A stretch of 64,000 nt of DNA. Origin: Eledone cirrhosa. Lineage: Eukaryota. Shown here one piece after another: positions 40,801-55,800 of the stretch. A model generated the notes under the pieces. The model was not told where the DNA came from, did no database searches, and saw nothing but the letters and a program-made list of their open reading frames with translations. Within the stretch, counting starts at the first letter, position 1, and the number at the start of each line of letters is the position of its first letter. A program made the position numbers and the translations under genes. Where the stretch lies: NCBI GenBank assembly GCA_964016885.1, contig OZ024740.1:30070001-30134000 (forward strand). Reading direction: 5' to 3'.

Positions 40801-43800
40801 AGTATTGTAGGTGTTGTATATATAGTATTGTAGGCGTTGTATATATAGTATTGTAGGTGTTGTATATATAGTATAGTATTGTAGGTGTTGTATATATAGT
40901 ACTGTAGGTGTTGTATATATAGTACTGTAGGTGTTATATATAGTATTGTGGGTGTGGTATATATAGTAATGTAGGTGTTGTATATATAGTAATGTAGGCG
41001 TTGTATATATAGTAATGTAGGCGTTGTATATATAGTATTGTAGGTGTTGTATATATAGTATTGTAGGTATTGTATATATATAGTATTGTACGTGTTGTAT
41101 ATATAGTAATGTAGCCGTTGTATATATAGTATTGTAGGTGTTGTATATATAGTAATATAGGCGTTGTATATATAGTATTGTAGGTGTTGTATATATAGTA
41201 TTGTAGTTGTATTTATAGTACTGTAGGTGTTGTATATATAGTATTGTAGGTGTTGTATATATAGTAATGTAGTTGTTGTATATATAGTAATATAGGCCTT
41301 GTATATATAGTATTGTAGGTTTTGTATATATAGTATTGTAGGTTTTGTATATATAGTATTGTAGGTGTGGTATATATAGTATTGTAGGTGTGGTATATAT
41401 AGTAATGTAGGTGTTGTATATATAGTAATGTAGGCGTTGTATATATAGTAATTTAGGTGTTGTATATATAGTATTGTATGTGTTGTATATATATAGTATT
41501 GTAGGTGTTGTATATATAGTAATGTAGGCGTTGTATATATAGTATTCTAGGTGTTGTATATATAGTATTGTAGGTGTTGTATATATAGTAATGTAGGCGT
41601 TGTGTATATATAGTACTGTAGGTGTTATATATAGTATTGTAGGTGTTGTATATATAGTAATATAGGCGTTGTATATATAGTATTGTAGGTGTTGTATATA
41701 TAGTATTGTAGTTGTTGTATATATAGTATTGTAGGTGTTGTATATATAGTATTGTAGGTGTTATATATATAGTATTGTAGGTGTTATATATATAGTAATG
41801 TAGGTGTTGTATATATAGTATTGTAGGTGCTTTATATATAGTACTGTAGGTGTTGTATATATAGTGTTGCATATATAGTAATGTAGGTGTTGTATATATA
41901 GTATTATAGGCGTTGTATATATAGTATTGTAGGTGTTGTATATATAGTATTGTAGGTGTTGTATATATAGTACTGTAGGTGTTGTATATATAGTACTGTA
42001 GGTGTTATATATAGTATTGTAGGTGTTGTATATAGTAATGTAGGCGTTGTATATATAGTAATGTAGGCGTTGTATATATAGTAATGTAGGCGTTGTATAT
42101 ATAGTAATGTAGGCGTTGTATATATAGTAATGTAGGCGTTGTATATATTGTATTGTAGGTGTTGTATATATAGTATTGTAGGTGTTGTATATATAGTACT
42201 GTAGGTGTTATATATAGTATTGTAGGTGTTGTATATATAGTAATGTAGGCGTTGTATATATAGAATTGTAGGTGTTGTATATATGGTATTGTAGGTGTTG
42301 TATATATAGTATTGTAGGTGTTGTATATATAGTACTGTAGGTGTTGTATATATAGTACTGTAGGTGTTATATATAGTATTGTAGGTGTGGTATATATAGT
42401 AATGTAGGCGTTGTATATATAGTATTGTAGGTGTGGTATATATAGTAATGTAGGTGTGGTATATATAGTAATGTAGGTGTGGTATATATAGTAATGTAGG
42501 TGTTGTATATATAGTAATGTAGGCGTTGTATATATAGTATTGTTGGTGTTGTATATATAGTATTGTAGGTGTTGTATATATAGTATTGTAGGTGTTGTAT
42601 ATATAGTAATGTAGGCGTTGTATATATAGTAATGTAGGTGTTGTATATATAGTATTGTAGGTGTTGTATATATAGTATTGTAGGTGTTGTATATATAGTA
42701 TTGTAGGTGTTGTATATATAGTATTGTAGGTGTTGTATATATAGTATTGTAGGTGTTGTATATATAGTATTGTAGGTGTTGTATATATAGTATTGTAGGT
42801 ATTGTATATATAGTATTGTAGGTGTTGTATATATAGTACTGTAGGTGTTGTATATATAGTACTGTAGGTGTTATATATAGTATTGTAGGTGTGGTATATA
42901 TAGTAATGTAGGCGTTGTATATATAGTATTGTAGGTGTTGTATATATAGTAATGTAGGCGTTGTATATATATAGTATTGTAAGTGTTGTATATATAGTAT
43001 CGTAGGTGTTATATATAGTATTGTAGGTGTGGTATATATAGTAATGTAGGTGTGGTATATATATTAATGTAGGCGTTGTATATATAGTAATGTAGGTGTT
43101 GTATATATAGTACTGTAGGTGTTATATATAGTATCGTAGGTGTGGTATATATAGTAATGTAGGTGTGGTGTATATAGTAATGTAGGTGTTGTATATATAG
43201 TATTGTAGGTGTTGTATATATAGTAATGTAGGCGTTGTATATATATAGTATTGTAGGTGTTGTATATATAGTACTGTAGGTGTTGTATATATAGTACTGT
43301 AGGTGTTGTATATATAGTATTGTGGGTGTGGTATATTTAGTAATGTAGGTGTTGTATATATAGTAATGTAGGCGTTGTATATATAGTAATGTAGGCGTTG
43401 TATATATAGTATTGTAGGTGTTGTATATATAGTATTGTAGGTATTGTATATATATAGTATTGTAGGTATTGTATATATATAGTATTGTAGGTGTTGTATA
43501 TATAGTAATGTAGGCGTTGTATATATAGTATTGTAGGTGTTGTATATATAGTAATGTAGGCGTTGTATATATAGTAATGTAGTTGTTGTATATATAGTAC
43601 TGTAGGTGTTGTATATATAGTATTGTAGGTGTTGTATATATAGTATTGTAGTTGTTGTATATATAGTAATATAGGCGTTGTATATATAGTATTGTAGGTG
43701 TTGTATATATAGTATTGTAGGTGTGGTATATATAGTATTGTAGGTGTGGTATATATAGTATTGTAGGTGTGGTATATATAGTAATGTAGGTGTTGTATAT

Positions 43801-46800
43801 ATAGTAATGTAGGCGTTGTATATATAGTAATGTAGGTGTTGTATATATAGTATTGTATGTGTTGTATATATATAGTATTGTAGGTGTTGTATATATAGTA
43901 ATGTAGGCGTTGTATATATAGTATTGTAGGTGTTGTATATATAGTAATGTAGGCGTTGTATATATAGTATTCTAGGTGTTGTATATATAGTATTGTAGGT
44001 GTTGTATATATAGTAATGTAGGCGTTGTATATATATAGTACTGTAGGTGTTATATATAGTATTGTAGGTGTTGTATATATAGTAATATAGGCGTTGTATA
44101 TATAGTATTGTAGGTGTTGTATATATAGTATTGTAGTTGTTGTATATATAGTATTGTAGGTGTTGTATATATAGTATTGTAGGTGTTATATATATAGTAT
44201 TGTAGGTGTTATATATATAGTATTGTAGGTGTTGTATATATAGTAATGTAGGTGTTGTATATATAGTATTGTAGGTGTTGTATATATAGTATTGTAGGTG
44301 TTGTATATATAGTATTGTAGGTGTTGTATATATAGTATTGTAGGTGTTGTATATATAGTATTGTAGGTGTTGTATATATAGTAATGTAGGTGTTGTATAT
44401 ATAGTATTGTAGGTGCTTTATATATAGTACTGTAGGTGTTGTATATATAGTGTTGCATATATAGTAATGTAGGTGTTGTATATATAGTATTATAGGCGTT
44501 GTATATATAGCATTGTAGGCGTTGTATATATATAGTATTGTAGGTGTTGTATATATAATACTGTAGGTGTTGTATATATAGTATTGTAAGTGTTGTATAT
44601 ATAGTAATGTAGATGTTGTATATATAGTATTGTAGTTGTTGTATATATATAGTAATGTAGGCGTTATATATATAGTATTGTAGGTGTTGTATATATAGTA
44701 ATGTAGATGTTGTATATATAGTATTGTAGGTGTTGTATATATATAGTAATGTAGGCGTTATATATATAGTATTGTAGGTGTTATGTATATATAGTAATGT
44801 AGGCGTTATATATATAGTATTGTAGTTGTTGTATCTATAGTATTGTAGGTGTTGTATATATAGTATCGTAGGTGTTGTATATATAGTATTGTAGTTGTTG
44901 TATATATAGTATTGTAGGTGTTGTATGTATAGTAATGTAGGCGTTGTATATATAGTATTGTAGGTGTTGTATATATAGTAATATAGGCGTTGTATATATA
45001 GTACTGTAGGTGTTGTATATATGGTACTGTAGGTGTTATATATAGTATTGTAGGTGTGGTATATATAGTAATGTAGGTGTTGTATATATAGTATTGTATG
45101 TGTTGTATATATATAGTATTGTAGGTGTTGTATATATAGTAATGTAGGTGTTGTATATATAGTAATGTAGGCGTTGTATATATAGTATTCTAGGTGTTGT
45201 ATATATAGTATTGTAGGTGTTGTATATATAGTAATGTAGGCGTTGTGTATATATAGTACTGTAGGTGTTATATATAGTATTGTAGGTGTTGTATATATAG
45301 TAATATAGGCGTTGTATATATAGTATTGTAGGTGTTGTATATATAGTATTGTAGTTGTTGTATATATAGTATTGTAGGTGTTGTATATATAGTATTGTAG
45401 GTGTTATATATATAGTATTGTAGGTGTTATATATATAGTAATGTAGGTGTTGTATATATAGTATTGTAGGTGCTTTATATATAGTACTGTAGGTGTTGTA
45501 TATATAGTGTTGCATATATAGTAATGTAGGTGTTGTATATATAGTATTATAGGCGTTGTATATATAGTATTGTAGGTGTTGTATATATAGTATTGTAGGT
45601 GTTGTATATATAGTACTGTAGGTGTTGTATATATAGTACTGTAGGTGTTATATATAGTATTGTAGGTGTTGTATATAGTAATGTAGGCGTTGTATATATA
45701 GTAATGTAGGCGTTGTATATATAGTAATGTAGGCGTTGTATATATAGTAATGTAGGCGTTGTATATATAGTAATGTAGGCGTTGTATATATTGTATTGTA
45801 GGTGTTGTATATATAGTATTGTAGGTGTTGTATATATAGTACTGTAGGTGTTATATATAGTATTGTAGGTGTTGTATATATAGTAATGTAGGCGTTGTAT
45901 ATATAGAATTGTAGGTGTTGTATATATGGTATTGTAGGTGTTGTATATATAGTATTGTAGGTGTTGTATATATAGTACTGTAGGTGTTGTATATATAGTA
46001 CTGTAGGTGTTATATATAGTATTGTAGGTGTTATATATAGTATTGTAGGTGTGGTATATATAGTAATGTAGGTGTGGTATATATAGTAATGTAGGTGTTG
46101 TATATATAGTAATGTAGGCGTTGTATATATAGTATTGTTGGTGTTGTATATATAGTATTGTAGGTGTTGTATATATAGTATTGTAGGTGTTGTATATATA
46201 GTATTGTAGGTGTTGTATATATAGTAATGTAGGCGTTGTATATATAGTAATGTAGGTGTTGTATATATAGTATTGTAGGTGTTGTATATATAGTATTGTA
46301 GGTGTTGTATATATAGTATTGTAGGTGTTGTATATATAGTATTGTAGGTGTTGTATATATAGTATTGTAGGTGTTGTATATATAGTATTGTAGGTGTTGT
46401 ATATATAGTATTGTATATATAGTATTGTAGGTGTTGTATATATGGTACTGTAGGTGTTGTATATATAGTACTGTAGGTGTTATATATAGTATTGTAGGTG
46501 TGGTATATATAGTAATGTAGGCGTTGTATATATAGTATTGTAGGTGTTGTATATATAGTAATGTAGGCGTTGTATATATATAGTATTGTAAGTGTTGTAT
46601 ATATAGTATCGTAGGTGTTATATATAGTATTGTAGGTGTGGTATATATAGTAATGTAGGTGTGGTATATATATTAATGTAGGCGTTGTATATATAGTAAA
46701 GTAGGTGTTGTATATATAGTACTGTAGGTGTTATATATAGTATCGTAGGTGTGGTATATATAGTAATGTAGGTGTGGTGTATATAGTAATGTAGGTGTTG

Positions 46801-49800
46801 TATATATAGTATTGTAGGTGTTGTATATATAGTAATGTAGGCGTTGTATATATATAGTATTGTAGGTGTTGTATATATAGTACTGTAGGTGTTGTATATA
46901 TAGTACTGTAGGTGTTGTATATATAGTATTGTGGGTGTGGTATATTTAGTAATGTAGGTGTTGTATATATAGTAATGTAGGCGTTGTATATATAGTAATG
47001 TAGGCGTTGTATATATAGTATTGTAGGTGTTGTATATATAGTATTGTAGGTATTGTATATATATAGTATTGTAGGTATTGTATATATATAGTATTGTAGG
47101 TGTTGTATATATAGTAATGTAGGCGTTGTATATATAGTAATGTAGGCGTTGTATATATAGTAATGTAGTTGTTGTATATATAGTACTGTAGGTGTTGTAT
47201 ATATAGTATTGTAGGTGTTGTATATATAGTATTGTAGTTGTTGTATATATAGTAATATAGGCGTTGTATATATAGTATTGTAGGTGTTGTATATATAGTA
47301 TTGTAGGTGTGGTATATATAGTATTGTAGGTGTGGTATATATAGTATTGTAGGTGTGGTATATATAGTAATGTAGGTGTTGTATATATAGTAATGTAGGC
47401 GTTGTATATATAGTAATGTAGGTGTTGTATATATAGTATTGTATGTGTTGTATATATATAGTATTGTAGGTGTTGTATATATAGTAATGTAGGCGTTGTA
47501 TATATAGTATTGTAGGTGTTGTATATATAGTAATGTAGGCGTTGTATATATAGTATTCTAGGTGTTGTATATATAGTATTGTAGGTGTTGTATATATAGT
47601 AATGTAGGCGTTGTATATATATAGTACTGTAGGTGTTATATATAGTATTGTAGGTGTTGTATATATAGTAATATAGGCGTTGTATATATAGTATTGTAGG
47701 TGTTGTATATATAGTATTGTAGTTGTTGTATATATAGTATTGTAGGTGTTGTATATATAGTATTGTAGGTGTTATATATATAGTATTGTAGGTGTTATAT
47801 ATATAGTATTGTAGGTGTTGTATATATAGTAATGTAGGTGTTGTATATATAGTATTGTAGGTGTTGTATATATAGTATTGTAGGTGTTGTATATATAGTA
47901 TTGTAGGTGTTGTATATATAGTATTGTAGGTGTTGTATATATAGTATTGTAGGTGTTGTATATATAGTAATGTAGGTGTTGTATATATAGTATTGTAGGT
48001 GCTTTATATATAGTACTGTAGGTGTTGTATATATAGTGTTGCATATATAGTAATGTAGGTGTTGTATATATAGTATTATAGGCGTTGTATATATAGCATT
48101 GTAGGCGTTGTATATATATAGTATTGTAGGTGTTGTATATATAATACTGTAGGTGTTGTATATATAGTATTGTAAGTGTTGTATATATAGTAATGTAGAT
48201 GTTGTATATATAGTATTGTAGTTGTTGTATATATATAGTAATGTAGGCGTTATATATATAGTATTGTAGGTGTTGTATATATAGTAATGTAGATGTTGTA
48301 TATATAGTATTGTAGGTGTTGTATATATATAGTAATGTAGGCGTTATATATATAGTATTGTAGGTGTTATGTATATATAGTAATGTAGGCGTTATATATA
48401 TAGTATTGTAGTTGTTGTATCTATAGTATTGTAGGTGTTGTATATATAGTATCGTAGGTGTTGTATATATAGTATTGTAGTTGTTGTATATATAGTATTG
48501 TAGGTGTTGTATGTATAGTAATGTAGGCGTTGTATATATAGTATTGTAGGTGTTGTATATATAGTAATATAGGCGTTGTATATATAGTACTGTAGGTGTT
48601 GTATATATAGTATTGTAGGTGTTGTATATATAGTAATGTAGGCGTTGTATATATAGTAATGTAGGCGTTGTATATATAGTATTGTAGATGTTGTATATAT
48701 AGTACTGTAGGTGTTGTATAAATAGTATTGTAGGTGTTGTATATATAGTATTGTAGGTGTTGTATATGTAGTACTGTAGGTGTTGTATATATAGTACTGT
48801 AGGTGTTATATATAATATTGTAGGTGTGGTATATATAGTAATGTACGTGTTGTATATATAGTAATGTAGGTGTTGTATATATATAGTATTGTAGGTGTTG
48901 TATATATAGTATTGTAGGTGTTGTATATATAGTATTGTAGGTGTTGTATATATAGTATCGTAGGTGTTGTATATATATATAGTATTGTAGGTGTGGTATA
49001 TATAGTAATGTAGGTGTTGTATATATAGTAATGTAGGCGTTGTATATAGAGTATTGTAGGTGTTGTATATATAATATTGTAAGTGTTGTATATATAGTAT
49101 CGTAGGTGTTGTATATATATAGTATTGTAGATGTGGTATATATAGTAATATAGGCGTTGTATATATAGTATTGTAGGTGTTGTATATATAGTATTGTAGT
49201 TGTTGTATATATAGTATTGTAGGTGTTATATATATGGTATTGTAGGTGTTGTATATATAGTATTGTAGGTGTTGTATATATACAACTGTAGGTGTTGTAT
49301 ATATAGTACTGTAGGTGATGTATATATATAGTATTGTAGGTGTGGTATATATAGTAATGTAGGTGTTGTATATATAGTAATGTAGGCGTTGTATATATAG
49401 TATTGTAGGTGTTGTATATATAGTATTGTAGGTGTTGTATATATAGTACTGTAGGTGTTATATATAGTAATGTAGGCGTTGTATATATAGTAATGTAGGC
49501 GTTGTATATACAGTATTGTAAGTGTTGTATATATAGTATCGTAGGTGTTGTATATATATAGTATTGTAGGTGTGGTATATATAGTAATGTAGGTGTGGTA
49601 TATATAGTAATGTAGGCGTTGTATATATAGTATTGTAGGTGTTGTATATATAGTAATGTAGGCGTTGTATATATAGTATTGTAGGTGTTGTATATATAGT
49701 ATTGTAGGTGTTGTATATATAGTACTGTAGGTGTTGTATACATAGTACTGTAGGTGTTATATATAGTATTGTAGGTGTGGTATATATAGTATTGTAGGTG

Positions 49801-52800
49801 TGGTATATATAGTAATGTAGGTGTTGTATATATAGTAATGTAGGCGTTGTATATATAGTAATGTAGGCGTTGTATATATAGTATTGTAGGTGTTGTATAT
49901 ATAGTATTGTAGGTATTGTATATATAGCATTGTAGATGTTGTATATATAGTACTGTAGGTGTTGTATATATGGTACTGTAGGTGTTATATATAGTATTGT
50001 AGGTGTGGTATATATAGTAATGTAGGTGTGGTATATATAGTAATGTAGGCGTTGTATATATAGTATTGTAGGTGTTGTATATATAGTAATGTAGGCGTTG
50101 TATATATAGTATTGTTGGTGTTGTATATATAGTATTGTAGGTGTTGTATATATAGTAATGTAGGCGTTGTATATATAGTAATGTAGGTGTTGTATATATA
50201 TAGTATTGTAGGTGTTGTATATATAGTATTGTAGGTGTTGTATATATAGTAATGTAGGTGTTGTATATATAGTATTGTAGGTGTTGTATATATAGTATTG
50301 TAGGTGTTGTATATATAGTATTGTAGGTGTTGTATATATAGTATTGTAGGTGTTGTATATATAGTATTGTAGGTGTTGTATATATAGTACTGTAGGTGTT
50401 GTATATATAGTACTGTAGGTGTTATATATAGTATTGTAGGTGTGGTATATATAGTAATGTAGGCGTTGTATATATAGTAATGTAGGCGTTGTATATATAG
50501 TAATGTAGGTGTTGTATATATAGTACTGTAGGTGTTATATATAGTATTGTAGGTGTGGAATATATAGTAATGTAGGTGTGGTATATATAGTAATGTAGGT
50601 GTTGTATATATAGTAATGTAGGCGTTGTATATATATAGTATTGTAAGTGTTGTATATATAGTATCGTAGGTGTTGTATATATATAGTATTGTAGGTGTGG
50701 TATATATAGTAATGTAGGTGTTGTATATATAGTAATGTAGGCGTTGTATATATAGTATTGTAGGTGTTGTATATATAGTATTGTAGGCGTTGTATATATA
50801 GTATTGTAGGTGTTGTATATATAGTATAGTATTGTAGGTGTTGTATATATAGTACTGTAGGTGTTGTATATATAGTACTGTAGGTGTTATATATAGTATT
50901 GTGGGTGTGGTATATATAGTAATGTAGGTGTTGTATATATAGTAATGTAGGCGTTGTATATATAGTAATGTAGGCGTTGTATATATAGTATTGTAGGTGT
51001 TGTATATATAGTATTGTAGGTATTGTATATATATAGTATTGTACGAGTTGTATATATAGTAATGTAGCCGTTGTATATATAGTATTGTAGGTGTTGTATA
51101 TATAGTAATATAGGCGTTGTATATATAGTATTGTAGGTGTTGTATATATAGTATTGTAGTTGTTGTATTTATAGTACTGTAGGTGTTGTATATATAGTAT
51201 TGTAGGTGTTGTATATATAGTAATGTAGTTGTTGTATATATAGTAATATAGGCCTTGTATATATAGTATTGCAGGTTTTGTATATATAGTATTGTAGGTT
51301 TTGTATATATAGTATTGTAGGTGTGGTATATATAGTATTGTAGGTGTGGTATATATAGTAATGTAGGTGTTGTATATATAGTAATGTAGGTGTTGTATAT
51401 ATAGTATTGTATGTGTTGTATATATATAGTATTGTAGGTGTTGTATATATAGTAATGTAGGCGTTGTATATATAGTATTCTAGGTGTTGTATATATAGTA
51501 TTGTAGGTGTTGTATATATAGTAATGTAGGCGTTGTGTATATATAGTACTGTAGGTGTTATATATAGTATTGTAGGTGTTGTATATATAGTAATATAGGC
51601 GTTGTATATATAGTATTGTAGGTGTTGTATATATAGTATTGTAGTTGTTGTATATATAGTATTGTAGTTGTTGTATATATAGTATTGTAGGTGTTGTATA
51701 TATAGTATTGTAGGTGTTATATATATAGTATTGTAGGTGTTGTATATATAGTAATGTAGGTGTTGTATATATAGTATTGTAGGTGCTTTATATATAGTAC
51801 TGTAGGTGTTGTATATATAGTGTTGCATATATAGTAATGTAGGTGTTGTATATATAGTATTATAGGCGTTGTATATATAGTATTGTAGGTGTTGTATATA
51901 TAGTATTGTAGGTGTTGTATATATAGTACTGTAGGTGTTGTATATATAGTACTGTAGGTGTTATATATAGTATTGTAGGTGTTGTATATAGTAATGTAGG
52001 CGTTGTATATATAGTAATGTAGGCGTTGTATATATAGTAATGTAGGCGTTGTATATATAGTAATGTAGGCGTTGTATATATAGTAATGTAGGCGTTGTAT
52101 ATATTGTATTGTAGGTGTTGTATATATATAGTATTGTAGGTGTTGTATATATAGTACTGTAGGTGTTATATATAGTATTGTAGGTGTTGTATATATAGTA
52201 ATGTAGGCGTTGTATATATAGAATTGTAGGTGTTGTATATATGGTATTGTAGGTGTTGTATATATAGTATTGTAGGTGTTGTATATATAGTACTGTAGGT
52301 GTTGTATATATAGTACTGTAGGTGTTGTATATATAGTACTGTAGGTGTTATATATAGTATTGTAGGTGTGGTATATATAGTAATGTAGGTGTGGTATATA
52401 TAGTAATGTAGGTGTTGTATATATAGTAATGTAGGCGTTGTATATATAGTATTGTTGGTGTTGTATATATAGTATTGTAGGTGTTGTATATATAGTATTG
52501 TAGGTGTTGTATATATAGTAATGTAGGCGTTGTATATATAGTAATGTAGGTGTTGTATATATATAGTATTGTAGGTGTTGTATATATAGTATTGTAGGTG
52601 TTGTATATATAGTATTGTAGGTGTTGTATATATAGTATTGTAGGTGTTGTATATATAGTATTGTAGGTGTTGTATATATAGTATTGTAGGTGTTGTATAT
52701 ATAGTATTGTAGGTGTTGTATATATAGTATTGTAGGTATTGTATATATAGTATTGTAGGTGTTGTATATATAGTACTGTAGGTGTTGTATATATAGTACT

Positions 52801-55800
52801 GTAGGTGTTATATATAGTATTGTAGGTGTGGTATATATAGTAATGTAGGCGTTGTATATATAGTATTGTAGGTGTTGTATATATAGTAATGTAGGCGTTG
52901 TATATATATAGTATTGTAAGTGTTGTATATATAGTATCGTAGGTGTTATATATAGTATTGTAGGTGTGGTATATATAGTAATGTAGGTGTGGTATATATA
53001 TTAATGTAGGCGTTGTATATATAGTAATGTAGGTGTTGTATATATAGTACTGTAGGTGTTATATATAGTATTGTAGGTGTGGTATATATAGTAATGTAGG
53101 TGTGGTGTATATAGTAATGTAGGTGTTGTATATATAGTATTGTAGGTGTTGTATATATAGTAATGTAGGCGTTGTATATATATAGTATTGTAAGTGTTGT
53201 ATATATATAGTATTGTAGGTGTTGTATATATAGTACTGTAGGTGTTGTATATATAGTACTGTAGGTGTTGTATATATAGTATTGTGGGTGTGGTATATTT
53301 AGTAATGTAGGTGTTGTATATATAGTAATGTAGGCGTTGTATATATAGTAATGTAGGCGTTGTATATATAGTATTGTAGGTGTTGTATATATAGTATTGT
53401 AGGTATTGTATATATATAGTATTGTAGGTATTGTATATATATAGTATTGTAGGTGTTGTATATATATAGTATTGTAGGTGTTGTATATATAGTAATGTAG
53501 GCGTTGTATATATAGTATTGTAGGTGTTGTATATATAGTAATGTAGGCGTTGTATATATAGTAATGTAGTTGTTGTATATATAGTACTGTAGGTGTTGTA
53601 TATATAGTATTGTAGGTGTTGTATATATAGTATTGTAGTTGTTGTATATATATAGTATTGTAGGTGTTGTATATATAGTAATATAGGCGTTGTATATATA
53701 GTATTGTAGGTGTTGTATATATAGTATTGTAGGTGTGGTATATATAGTATTGTAGGTGTGGTATATATAGTATTGTAGGTGTGGTATATATAGTAATGTA
53801 GGTGTTGTATATATAGTAATGTAGGCGTTGTATATATAGTAATGTAGGTGTTGTATATATAGTATTGTATGTGTTGTATATATATAGTATTGTAGGTGTT
53901 GTATATATAGTAATGTAGGCGTTGTATATATAGTATTGTAGGTGTTGTATATATAGTAATGTAGGCGTTGTATATATAGTATTCTAGGTGTTGTATATAT
54001 AGTATTGTAGGTGTTGTATATATAGTAATGTAGGCGTTGTATATATATAGTACTGTAGGTGTTATATATAGTATTGTAGGTGTTGTATATATAGTAATAT
54101 AGGCGTTGTATATATAGTATTGTAGGTGTTGTATATATAGTATTGTAGTTGTTGTATATATAGTATTGTAGGTGTTGTATATATAGTATTGTAGGTGTTA
54201 TATATATAGTATTGTAGGTGTTGTATATATAGTAATGTAGGTGTTGTATATATAGTATTGTAGGTGTTGTATATATAGTATTGTAGGTGTTGTATATATA
54301 GTATTGTAGGTGTTGTATATATAGTATTGTAGGTGTTGTATATATAGTAATGTAGGTGTTGTATATATAGTATTGTAGGTGCTTTATATATTGTACTGTA
54401 GGTGTTGTATATATAGTGTTGCATATATAGTAATGTAGGTGTTGTATATATAGTATTATAGGCGTTGTATATATAGCATTGTAGGCGTTGTATATATATA
54501 GTATTGTAGGTGTTGTATATATAATACTGTAGGTGTTGTATATATAGTATTGTAAGTGTTGTATATATAGTAATGTAGATGTTGTATATATAGTATTGTA
54601 GTTGTTGTATATATATAGTAATGTAGGCGTTATATATATAGTATTGTAGGTGTTGTATATATAGTAATGTAGATGTTGTATATATAGTATTGTAGGTGTT
54701 GTATATATATAGTAATGTAGGCGTTATATATATAGTATTGTAGGTGTTATGTATATATAGTAATGTAGGCGTTATATATATAGTATTGTAGTTGTTGTAT
54801 CTATAGTATTGTAGGTGTTGTATATATAGTATCGTAGGTGTTGTATATATAGTATTGTAGTTGTTGTATATATAGTATTGTAGGTGTTGTATGTATAGTA
54901 ATGTAGGCGTTGTATATATAGTATTGTAGGTGTTGTATATATAGTAATATAGGCGTTGTATATATAGTACTGTAGGTGTTGTATATATGGTACTGTAGGT
55001 GTTATATATAGTATTGTAGGTGTGGTATATATAGTAATGTAGGTGTTGTATATATAGTATTGTATGTGTTGTATATATATAGTATTGTAGGTGTTGTATA
55101 TATAGTAATGTAGGCGTTGTATATATAGTAATGTAGGCGTTGTATATATAGTATTGTAGGTGTTGTATATATAGTAATGTAGGCGTTGTATATATAGTAT
55201 TGTAGATGTTGTATATATAGTACTGTAGGTGTTGTATAAATAGTATTGTAGGTGTTGTATATATAGTATTGTAGGTGTTGTATATGTAGTACTGTAGGTG
55301 TTGTATATATAGTACTGTAGGTGTTATATATAATATTGTAGGTGTGGTATATATAGTAATGTACGTGTTGTATATATAGTAATGTAGGTGTTGTATATAT
55401 ATAGTATTGTAGGTGTTGTATATATAGTATTGTAGGTGTTGTATATATAGTATTGTAGGTGTTGTATATATAGTATCGTAGGTGTTGTATATATATATAG
55501 TATTGTAGGTGTGGTATATATAGTAATGTAGGTGTTGTATATATAGTAATGTAGGCGTTGTATATAGAGTATTGTAGGTGTTGTATATATAATATTGTAA
55601 GTGTTGTATATATAGTATCGTAGGTGTTGTATATATATAGTATTGTAGATGTGGTATATATAGTAATATAGGCGTTGTATATATAGTATTGTAGGTGTTG
55701 TATATATAGTATTGTAGTTGTTGTATATATAGTATTGTAGGTGTTATATATATGGTATTGTAGGTGTTGTATATATAGTATTGTAGGTGTTGTATATATA

